From: Octopus vulgaris
Lineage: Eukaryota
DNA: 64,000 nt
Assembly: GCA_951406725.2 (NCBI GenBank)
Contig: OX597837.1
Coordinates: 17,484,001-17,548,000, forward strand
Direction: 5' to 3'
Shown here: piece after piece, positions 1-10,398 of the stretch
Numbering within the stretch: the first letter of the stretch is position 1
Layout: every line of letters begins with the position of its first letter
Notes under the pieces: model-generated
Told to the model about the DNA's origin: nothing
Database searches by the model: none
What the model saw: the letters and a program-made list of their open reading frames with translations, nothing else
Made by a program: the position numbers and the translations under genes

Positions 1-85
1 GTACAAGGCCAACGATTATGAGGGGAGGGTTACTTTGTTTTATCGATCCCGAGAGGATGAACGGTATAGTTGATCCCAGTGGATC
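1..85 (-). mobile_element. SINE fragment (Nin/Deu-domain-like family)
   Basis: TTATCGATCCCGAGAGGATGAACGG is a diverged copy of the TTATCGACCCCGAAAGGATGAAAGG core seen at 16.1-16.6 kb and 44.9 kb. Confidence 0.55.
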
Positions 86-86
86 A

Positions 87-748
87 TGTATACAAAGTGT
101 ATGTGTGTGCATTAAGTACAGAGCATTGAAAGAGTCTATAATATGATGTTAAAAGAACGTTCAGACACAAGGATGATAAATACCAGTTCGTAGTCAATGT
201 ACACGATAGTTGAAGTGCTGTAACAAGAAGTTGTGGCTGCAATGCAGAGCCAGTTGAGGCACGTGTCGTATGTGAAGCTGTGGCTACTATGCAGAGCCGG
301 TTACTTGGTACAGAAGGTTCTCGCAGGTTGTGTTTGCTGTTAACTATGGTGAAGTATTTCACGAACAGTGTTGAGATAGAATCTGTTGTTGTTGACGACG
401 TTAAGACGGAGGCGACTGAGATGTGGCTGCTGTTGTGTTGTCGCTGGAACAGGCTGTGTGCTCTGTGGTCAGTGGTTAGACCTCAAAAGGTCTAGAACCG
501 AAAGACGAAAGATGGTGTAAAGCTAGCGTTTTATACTATGCTTTCGGCTCACCGGAAGTTTGGAAGAGACTGTCTCACGTGACCTTATCAGAAGGCTGCG
601 ATTGGTTGGGTTGCATATTGGCACGCAATAGAGCAAGTGACAAACTGCACTAATACCAACCAATCAGTGCTGTGGACACAAAAGGGTCCAAAAGAGTGGC
701 CGAAGGCTAGCTGTTATCTACTACATCCGTATTTGTGTATATATAACA
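87..748 (-). mobile_element. possible solo LTR
   Basis: Minus strand starts TGTTATATA and ends ...TATACA; CCAAT-like motifs near 600-665 and TATAAAA near 530-537 in LTR-like order; no TSD or partner found. Confidence 0.3.
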
Positions 749-1049
749 GAAAGAGAGAGAGAGGAACTTCCCTAAGCGTACACTACAGATTATTTGCTCG
801 TGGTTAGGCTATCTGCCGGATCAGAGTTGAACTGGAGTTAAACAACAAGCAGAAAGGACACATTGGATAATAAACCAGTGATATAAGACTACACTGTTGT
901 GACAGAGGGCTGCTCAGTCTGTGTGCACAAGGAATCTCTAGCTGCACTGTATCATTTAAAAATAAAATTTAAGGCTTTAGAAAATTCATATTAACATTTG
1001 GGCATCTTGAAAAAACACTATTCATAATTTTGTTATATACAAATATGAT

Positions 1050-1112
1050 TACCGTATTTTGCTGCATGAAAGACGCACCCTGATTTTGGAAATGTAATTC
1101 TGGCGGGAAAAT
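1050..1112 (+). mobile_element. pogo/Tigger-like TIR fragment
   Basis: TACCGTATTTTGCTGCATGAAAGACGCACC resembles TACCGTATTT...TAAGACGCAC termini of pogo/Tigger elements; single end only. Confidence 0.35.
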
Positions 1113-3647
1113 GTTTATACATACCAAAGTCTCGAACATGCGATTGAGGAGTTCCCGGCGAGCACACGCTAAATGAGCGTTATCAAACAAAATTTGAAGG
1201 CTAACTAATGGAATGCTAATGCCCAGTGTTGAGCGAAGTCACCAGACAGTGGCCACCTACCTGGTGGTTTGTTGCTGGGTATTATTGTATAATATTATGC
1301 TCTAGAGTGACTTTTAAAGAGTGAGGAATAGGTAATGTGAATATCTCCTTTTAACTCTTGGCAAACATCATAATACTTGAGTAAGTGGGGTGGCGCTAGA
1401 ATGGAAGATAAAGGCAGAAAGGATAGAAGCGACTTGAGTGAGAGGGGTGAGAAAGCAGGATGGGAAAGTGTGAAGAGGGGGATTAAAAGAGAGAAAGAGG
1501 GGTGAAAAAGAAGAGTACAGAGGAGAGTTGAAGTGAATTAAACTCCGAGTACTGATAGCGTGTAATTTTATTGACTTCTTCCACTCTAACTGAAGCACAA
1601 ATGCTTCTCCACTTCACTCATGAGAGATAAAAGCCTCTTCACCACTTACTGACTTCCTTCACCCGCAATGGAGTAATAATGTCTTCCGATAAGAAATAAA
1701 ACAACCCTCTACCACTAACTGCTGTAAACTTACACATAACTCCAGCCAACATGTATCCTTCACCACCACCGCCACAACAACAACAACCAGCACTAACATA
1801 ACCTCTTTTATCTGATATTTCCTGTTGTGTAAGACAAGAAAGTGCAGACTCAATTTATTTCTCTTTCAAACACATCTGATATAAAACCCTACATTTTATT
1901 TATTTAAATATATTCCCCGTTGTTTCTTCATTTCTTTTACTTTTTTCCTGTTATCTTCTTCTGGTTCCTTATATTTGTTGCTAGCATTCATTTATTCATT
2001 ATTTACTTCTTTCGTTTCCCTAATTTATGTAGGTTTTGGCGCCGCAGGCATCCCTCATTTGCGACAGCTTATGCATAGAGTGGAGCGAGTTATTACTGCC
2101 ATGTGTTTGCACACAGACGCATAGAATTGCGTCGGAAATATTCTAGTGCACCAAACCCTCTAATTTCTTCGGATATGTTTTGAGCTTCATGGTATACAAA
2201 CCCGAAAAAAAATAAACCCCATCCATTCGGTAATTTTTGAGTTTTTGTATTCTTTTACTTTTTCTTTTTCTTTTTTTTTTTTTTGCAGATTGATGTTTTA
2301 AACATCCGTGATTATAATTCTTCAAAAACATTTGTGGTACTGGTTGTATGGATATTTTTTGGTTGGTATTAAGTTTAGTTGCGTGTTGTCCCATAATAAA
2401 CTAACTGCAAACGTTGTTAAAATAACATATTTTTATCGAAGTAAATTTACAATATTTACATAGTTACATAATAGTTTGCCAGTAGCATAATGTAATGTGC
2501 TAGAACCGAACGTAGTTGTAATTAATTTATTAACAAAACATTAGCTTCGAGTGAGAGGTGAGAATAATGCTTGTTCATCCTCGTTGATGAATTCCTTTTA
2601 ACTTGGGATTGAACTCAAGGAAAACTTATCGAAGTAAGAGCTTACTGCTTGTGCTTCCAAAGTGCTCTCTCTGTGATTTGTTTGCGTGCGTTAAGCTTAT
2701 ATAACTACGAAATATCAAACTCTTGGGACACTAAGGAACATTCTCTAATATAGGGTGATATTCTAGTAAGTTGATTGGTTAATAACCAGAACACACGTCA
2801 CTTGACTAGTTATTAAAGTTGTGAGGTTTCGATTCTGGGTCTCACTACACATTCACAGCAAAAATCCGGGGGGAAAATCGAAAGTCAAATACGAAAAGTT
2901 ACAGAAAGTGGTGTATGTGGGGACCAGCATCATATTTTTCGCCAAATTCATAATCTACGACGCTTAAAACATACAGATTCGACGAAATTGCGGATTTTGT
3001 AAAGCTAGATAATTTCCAACTATTCTATAAGAATGTCCACACAGACGTATATGAACTAATAAGGTCGTTTCTAAGTGACCCGTTAACCAATAAGAAATAG
3101 CAGCCAAATCTTCCTAACATCTACCCCACTCCAGTGCTCAAACATCCAGCTTTTGATGTGCAACCGCGTGTATCAAACTGGTTTTGAAGAGAGCGTTGCA
3201 AGTGCAAATTTTCTAGTGGCGGATTTGTCACATCATCGTGTTCGCTATCTGAAATCTTCATATCCTCGCAGTCAGCTCCGTCATTTTCATTTTTCTGATC
3301 GTTCGGCTCCATGCAGTCGTCGTCACGGTCAGCACAATGTCAGCATATGTTCAGTATCGATGATATTGGCATTTGAATGAGAGCACAATGCAAGATTCGC
3401 ATGGCAGTCGGAGGTCGCCATTTTGAATGCCAACCTCTAACATGACAACAAAGTCAAGGTGAGTTCTGATTGGTTGTATGCAAATGAGCTCATTACTGGG
3501 GTCTGGAACTCTCGTGGGAAAAAAAGTTTCGCGGACGGGAGAGTACAGCCAATTAAATCAGTCCAGTACTTAATTAGTCTTTTTTAAAATTTTATTGACG
3601 ATGGAAGATGAAAAGCAGATTTAAAGTCAGAACGTAAAGATCCGCAA

Positions 3648-3728
3648 CATACATACATACATACATACATACATACATACATACATACATACATACATAC
3701 ATACATACATACATACATACATACATAC
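3648..3728. repeat. (ACAT)n microsatellite
   Basis: direct reading. Confidence 0.95.
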
Positions 3729-4160
3729 GTATGTATGAGTATATATATATAATATATTCTTCATTTATCTCCTCCTCTCTCTCTCTTTCTTCCTCTTTCT
3801 CCGAGGATGGAATGTGTAGCTTATATGGAAATCTCAGTAACATATGATCCACACGCTCAGCTGTTCTAGAAACAGCTTTAAGAGACTTTACATATTTACT
3901 ATTACTCTGCTCTATATATAAATTTTTTAATTATAAATTAACTGCTCTAAATTGATGACACATATTTCGCGTATTCATTCTCTGTTTTTAATATTTATCT
4001 ACCTGCTCAACGATGAACCACTTCTAACTATCTTTGAAAGGTAGCTTCAACATCACCATTTTTCAGTTGCAGTTCTAACCGGAGTTTTTGTGGTAAACCA
4101 AACCGAGCACGTACGTACATACCAATTACATTACGTCATTAGACCCAAATTATATAAATA

Positions 4161-4233
<73 letters not shown>

Positions 4234-4417
4234 AAAGGGCTTAGTAAAATAAATTACTTTGCCACATACTGAACTCATTAGAAATAGTAGCTAAAAAAAA
4301 CTTTTTTTAAAACTATTTCTAATACTTAAAGAAAATCTCTCTCATATAGTGTTTGCTCAATTCAACTCACGAAAGTATGAGGGTAAAGACATTAAAAAAT
4401 CAAATGCAAAGGTTATT

Positions 4418-4470
4418 TGAGAACGTACGTTTCAAGATTAGTCAAACTCGACATTTCTATCATCAGCTCA
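4418..4470 (-). ncRNA. type I minimal hammerhead ribozyme motif (antisense copy)
   Basis: reverse complement of the 4820-4872 motif. Confidence 0.6.
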
Positions 4471-4819
4471 GAACTCCTTGGTTTGGATTTGAAAACACTG
4501 AAAGTGGGAGCATACCCTTTCGGCTTCTAATCGCTTCTGAAGATCTGCTCGAAACTAACAGTGCCAGCAAACCCAAAATATGCAAGCGAAGAATTTCTGC
4601 TCTCCCCTTTCCACCAGCGTGGGTTAAAATCAGCAAACATTATGTTTTTTTCGGTAAATCCGAAAACATTAAATAGAGAGAGATGAATTATAATTTCAAC
4701 AATTGAGGGTAAAATTAATTAATTAATTATTAATCAATATCACCAAGTGTTCAGTATGTAAAGGGACCATTTAAGGCGAATTCAAATTATTACATTATAT
4801 AAAAGGGCTTAGTAAGTTC

Positions 4820-4872
4820 TGAGCTGATGATAGAAATGTCGAGTTTGACTAATCTTGAAACGTACGTTCTCA
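4820..4872 (+). ncRNA. type I minimal hammerhead ribozyme motif
   Basis: TGAG-CTGATGA-tagaaatgtcgagtttgactaatctt-GAAA-CGTAC-GTT-CTCA: 4-bp stem I, interrupted stem II, palindromic stem III ACGTACGT, GUU site. Confidence 0.62.
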
Positions 4873-5386
4873 AATAACCTTTGCATTTGATTTTTTAATG
4901 TCTTTACCCCCATACTTTCGTGAGTTGAATTGAGCAAACACTATATGAGAGAGATTTTCTTTAAGTATTAGAAATAGTTTAAAAAAAAGTTTTTTTAGCT
5001 ACTATTTCTAATGAGTTCAGTATGTGGCAAAGTAATTTATTTTACTAAGCCCTTTTATATAATGTAATAATTTGAATTCGCCTTAAATGGTCCCTTTACA
5101 TACTGAACACTTGGTGATATTGATTAATAATTAATTAATTAATTTTACCCTCAATTGTTGAAATTATAATTCATCTCTCTCTATTTAATGTTTTCGGATT
5201 TACCGAAAAAAACATAATGTTTGCTGATTTTAACCCACGCTGGTGGAAAGGGGAGAGCAGAAATTCTTCGCTTGCATATTTTGGGTTTGCTGGCACTGTT
5301 AGTTTCGAGCAGATCTTCAGAAGCGATTAGAAGCCGAAAGGGTATGCTCCCACTTTCAGTGTTTTCAAATCCAAACCAAGGAGTTC

Positions 5387-5439
5387 TGAGCTGATGATAG
5401 AAATGTCGAGTTTGACTAATCTTGAAACGTACGTTCTCA
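5387..5439 (+). ncRNA. type I minimal hammerhead ribozyme motif (tandem copy)
   Basis: same motif as 4820-4872, 567 nt downstream. Confidence 0.62.
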
Positions 5440-5724
5440 AATAACCTTTGAATTTGATTTTTTAATGTCTTTACCCCCATACTTTCGTGAGTTGAATTGA
5501 GCAAACACTATATGAGAGAGATTTTTAAGTATTAGAAATAGTTTTAAAAAAAGTTTTTTTAGCTACTATTTCTAATGAGTTCAGTATGTGGCAAAGTAAT
5601 TTATTTTACTAAGCCCTTTTATATAATGTAATAATTTGAATTCGCCTTAAATGGTCCCTTTACATACTGAACACTTGGTGATATTGATTAATAATTAATT
5701 AATTAATTTTACCCTCAATTGTTG

Positions 5725-5777
<53 letters not shown>

Positions 5778-5823
5778 CATTATTAAATCTCAGAATGAGA
5801 TTGAAACAGTAATCGCTCGATAA

Positions 5824-5982
5824 TGTAAAGTATAGAAGCCATCTTAACATGGCTAACCACATAGGGGAGGGGTGTTACTGAAGCCATCTTAACATGGCTA
5901 ACCACATCTCCCGGGGCTATAAAGCTACAGTAACACCCCCTCCCCTATGTGGTTAGCCATGTTAAGATGGCTTCTGTACTTT

Positions 5983-5985
<3 letters not shown>
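5824..5985. repeat. fold-back: about 57-bp inverted repeat with an internal partial direct copy, between (TA)n tracts
   Basis: GTAAAGTATAGAAGCCATCTTAACATGGCTAACCACATAGGGG..GTTACTG versus its reverse complement at about 5928-5985. Confidence 0.85.
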
Positions 5986-6043
<58 letters not shown>

Positions 6044-6044
<1 letters not shown>

Positions 6045-6302
6045 CTATATATGTATGTATGTTTCAGTAACCATGTCATAACGTATGAAACTTACAACTA
6101 CTGATATAGGTGTGACGTGAAAAAGATGAAACAGTTGGTTGTTCAAATAATGTGATGACTCCGAAAGTTCCTCCAATGCCATGCGGTTAACATAAAAAAA
6201 AGAGATTCGACTTTTATCGCATAGGTGATAAAAAAAAATTGTTGAAAAGGCACTAATTTTGAAAAATGTGCTCGGGAAGAGCGGTCGCTCCCAATTAGCT
6301 AG
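6044..6302 (+). mobile_element. possible short non-autonomous Helitron
   Basis: Starts TCTATATATG; ends with hairpin GAGCG-GT-CGCTC followed by CTAG at 6299-6302. Confidence 0.35.
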
Positions 6303-7394
6303 GCCACTGCTGGACGCAGATGTTTAATTCGGTGCTTCAAACCAACGTTTTTGAAAGTGATTGTTAGCAGAACAAAACTACTTTCGGACCTCGAGAAGGT
6401 GAAAGACGATATCACTCAAAATTTAAAGGTGGGGCACTGCGGATTGCCACAGGCCTCTCTTTGGCTCCTCGGACCTCGGTCCTATATAATGTTTGAACCC
6501 ACTTCTCTCATATATCCTATTTGTAAGCAACGGCAAGTTGTTCTGCCCGCACTGCAGAACTTGTCTACAGAGTTTGAAGTGTTTCAGGAATTTTATTTTC
6601 GTTATAGATTATATTTTGATCCATGACTAAACAACTGACCTGTGACTAAACAACAACCGTTATACAATCATTGTGATTATTTACATTTGCTTGCTGATTC
6701 TGAAAGTTACTATTTTCTTTTCTTTTTAGCTTTATCATGGTGACGAATCAGCTCCATTTCGGGACCCCAAATAATTTGTTATAAAAATGCTTCGTCCCTG
6801 TCATTTCTTCTACGAAAGTCAGCAGAAAAATCTCAAATGCTCTACTTTTATACCCTAACTTCTAATGTAAACTTTTCTTATCAGAATGAAAAAACATTTT
6901 ACTTGATTACTTTACTGAGAATGTGAGCATTTTTGACAGCTCGTATACGTGATTTTTATCAGCAAAAATGTTATTTTCGGTCGGTCGTATAACATTTAAA
7001 CAGGCATTTCCGCGCCAAGAAAAGATCTGTTTAAAGGAAGTCAGTTTAGAACAGCTTGATGATAAATTTTACCAAAGTGGTTTGCGATTCTAGTCATCTC
7101 TTGTGAAACTGAGAAATACAGTACTGAATGCAAGGCAGTTGCATAATTCATAGAAAAAAATAACATCAATGAACAACGCTCATTTGCATCATGCAAGTGT
7201 TTTTGTAGTTGCTTGACCAATTAAAAATAGCAGCGAAAGAACTGTTAAATCCTATTCCACCGTTTTAAAACGAGAATTACATTAGATTATGTATTCCTAG
7301 AACCAACTACCCTGCCAAAAAAGAGGTGTGGTTATGGAAGAAATGTATTTAATCATGTCTTCTCGTTCAGGGTAGAACTATAGTCAAATACCAA

Positions 7395-7774
7395 TGTAGG
7401 TGCAGTTACCTACCCTGACGGAAGCTGCCTAATTAGCTGGCCAGTAGAGGGCACATGCAACATTAAGGTTCAGACACACACCTCTTCCTCTTTTGGCATC
7501 AAAACGTCGTAGGGCAAGGACATAATCTAGTTGGCTCTCTCATGGCACGCAGACAAGAGGTAACGCTCAGGAGGAGAACATGGCCTCCACGCATCAAACC
7601 ATTTCCATTTGTCATTCAGCTTGTATATATAGTGAGGCCGACATTAAAGATATTTAAGGTTACAGCCTTGTTCTATGTATTTCTTTGAATCGTTTTCCTA
7701 TCAAATGATATTACAGCCTTCTGAATAGAGTAATATTTAGATGGCTCCACCACCATGATACACACAGCCATCTA
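7395..7774 (+). repeat. 5' LTR
   Basis: TGTAGG... direct repeat of 13559-13954. Confidence 0.9.
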
Positions 7775-8364
7775 AGTGGCGACTCGACGCAGCACACACC
7801 ACAATTCCTTCGGATCTTTTCCTTTTGATAGCCAGATTTCAACACAATTTCTAGTAAACTAAGCACTTTAAAACTTCCCCCCGGGATCTTTTCCTTTTGA
7901 TAGCCAGATTTCTTTCACTTGGCTTTTTTGATAAATTTGTAATTCGTTTGTTTAACGTAATTTAATTTTTCGAATTTTAACCAATCCTATGCTCGCTTTT
8001 GAGCTGAAATCATTTGCTGCGTTATCGATATTGATAAACAAACGAGGAGGGTTGTGTTGGCATGTGCTAGAAACAACAGCCATATCTCTTAAATCGATGA
8101 ATTTCGTCGCCCAATAAAAATATTAACGATATTTTTTGAATATTTTCTTTATTTTTTTTTACCGAAAAGGCTTCTCCCATGGTTTTGAAGGGCTAAAAAC
8201 AACAAAAACAAAACAATAATATGCCTAAATCGGTCTAGAGTGGGATATGAGGGTGCGTGGAGGTGGGTCGTATTGTAAAAATTTGCGAAATATTTTTTCA
8301 TAAAAGGATGCCCCAGCTTGTCGGAGGCTGTGATATAAATTGAGGAAAAAATCCTCGACACCAG

Positions 8365-8558
8365 TGCGTAATTGGTACTTAATTTATCGACCCCGAAACG
8401 ATGAAACATTGATCCCCCATTTCTGGTTTATTTACCTTTTGTGTAAATTTGTTCCAGCAAGGGGCAAAACACAGAGGGGACAAAGCATGAGAGACAAAAG
8501 TATTAAGTCGATTCTATCGACACCAGTGCGTGCGTGCGTAACTGGTACTTAATTTATC
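8365..8558 (-). mobile_element. SINE fragments (Nin/Deu-like) inside the TIR element
   Basis: GCGTAATTGGTACTTAATTTATCGACCCCGAAACGATGAAA and a second partial copy. Confidence 0.7.
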
Positions 8559-8841
8559 CCTAACCCTAACCCTAACCCTAAACCTAACCCTAAGCCTAAC
8601 CCCTAACCCTAAACCTAACCCCTAACCCTAACCCTAACCCTATCTCGTGACAGCCTTCCGGCATCGGTCGCTAGCTTTGGTTAGGGGTTAGGTTCAGGGT
8701 TAGGGGTTAGGTTTAGGGTTAGGGTTAGGGTTAGGGGTTAGGGTTAGGTTTAGGGTTAGAGGTTAGGTTTAGGGTTGGGTTTAGGGGTTAGGGTTAGATT
8801 TAGGTTTAGGGTTAGGGTTAGGGTTAGGGTTAGAGTTAGGG
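8558..8841. repeat. divergent telomere-like arrays (CCCTAA)n - short core - (TTAGGG)n
   Basis: Degenerate CCCTAA repeats 8558-8642, core about 8643-8678, degenerate TTAGGG repeats 8679-8841. Confidence 0.9.
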
Positions 8842-9319
8842 ATAAATTAAGTACCAGTTAAATTAAGTACCAGATAAATTAAGTACCAGTTACGTACTGG
8901 GGCCGGTCTAAACAATGGCAGTAATTCGTTATCGATATTGATAAATAAACGTGAATTTACTAATGATCGTAAAGAAAAAAATTACTAATAATCGTAAAGA
9001 AAAAAAATCCCACCGTGGGGCCGGTAGGTTAGCCTGATATCGAACTCACGAACGCTATATTACGAACAAAACAGATGTTGTCTCAGTTTTTAGACGCAGC
9101 AAATGATTTCAGCTCAAAAGAGAGCATAGGATTGGTTAAAATTCGAAAAATTAAACTACGTTAAACAAACGAATTACAAATTTATCAAAAAAGCCAAGTG
9201 AAAATAATGTTTTCTTTTGACACATTCTACCAGTATACGAAGTTTTAAAGTGTTTAGTTAACTAGAAATTGTGTTGAAATCTGGCTATCAAAAGGAAAAG
9301 ATCCATTCCTTCTAAAATG

Positions 9320-10327
9320 GTGAATCTCGGACGAATTTCTGACCAATGGATACGTATTCCTTTTTCTCCTCGACTTCGTCTACGCGACCAGACCGCCATT
9401 CATCGTATAGGAACATACCACTGATCTCTCTCGTCGCCATATTGTCATCTTCACCAGAAAATTTTGGCGCCATTTTCAAGCGGGCGCGGCAAATCATTTT
9501 TCCTCATGTTGTAACTGAATTTACTGAAAGACACAGAGTCCCAGGAGAATTTTCTTGCATGTAAAATGACGTTAAAAAAATACTCGAAATTTTGTTCAGA
9601 ATTCACATGGATAACAACTTTTCCTACGTGCCAGGTATGAGTTTCTTTCTCTCAACCCTACCCGGATTATTCACGTGTTGGCCATGTTTTGTTCTTCATC
9701 CGTTGGCAAAGACTTCTATTTTACCCTCTGCTACTAAAAAAAATCCTAGTTTGATGCTCGTGTCTTCTTTCAACTAGGGTGTTTGACTGCTATTTCTAAA
9801 GGCGTTTCCTTCAACCAGCTTGTTCTTCGTGGCGTTCCGTTTTCCTAGTATCGTCAAGATGAGTCCTTTTCCTTTGCCTCAATGCGCTTCTTCGTCCTCC
9901 ACTCGAGCTTGTGATTCTTCTGCTCCGGACGACACGCAATCCTCCGAAATCTTGCGGGCTAGTGGAGAACTGACCCGTCAAGTTTCACGCTTGTGCAGGA
10001 ACCGTTCGTCTTCATGGGATAATTCTGCAGGGAGGACCAGACGCCGCTACTTCTCGTGCGCACGCGCACTTCCTATTCCATCAATTTGCTGATACCATAG
10101 GAAATTCAAGGACCAGGCCGAAAGGTGTATACAGCTCTGCTCTTACTCTTTTCAGGGAAACTCGGCAGGGGAGCGCTGGGCACGTCAGTTGTCTCCCGCA
10201 CTGATTCACCTTACCGTGCATTTTTTATCCGAGATGTTAATTCTTCAAAGTCCTTTATAGTGGACACCGGTGCCAGCGTAAGCATTTGGCCCCGAAGGTT
10301 TACATCCACCAATCTTGGTCTTTCCGA

Positions 10328-10398
<71 letters not shown>

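Larger units (their letters stand above)
4227..5726. mobile_element. ORF-less 567-bp unit in inverted plus tandem arrangement (PLE pseudo-LTR or retrozyme-like), flanked by (TA)n
   Basis: 4227-4815 is one antisense unit; 4816-5726 is about 1.6 tandem sense units (CTGATGA at 4824 and 5391, period 567); near-identical copies; (TA)n on both sides. Confidence 0.8.
7812..9304. mobile_element. non-autonomous TIR DNA transposon with 8-bp TSD (Merlin-like; hAT not excluded), nested in the Gypsy leader
   Basis: TIR GGATCTTTTCCTTTTGATAGCCAGATTTCAACACAATTTCTAG at both ends, long subterminal IR (about 7915-8022 versus 9095-9203), TSD ATTCCTTC at 7804-7811 and 9305-9312. Confidence 0.88.

Noticed and set aside
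3400-3570. Promoter (CCAAT plus octamer ATGCAAAT)
   Set aside because: No associated gene or snRNA seen; short motifs likely belong to a repeat
4353-5504. Duplicated 107-aa ORF (4353-4676 + and 5181-5504 -) as a gene
   Set aside because: It lies antisense to the HHR strand of a repeat, starts at TTG and has no recognisable domain; identity only reflects recent duplication
8558-8841. Chromosome end-to-end fusion site
   Set aside because: A fusion reads (TTAGGG)n then (CCCTAA)n; this is the opposite order and lies inside a TSD-bounded element
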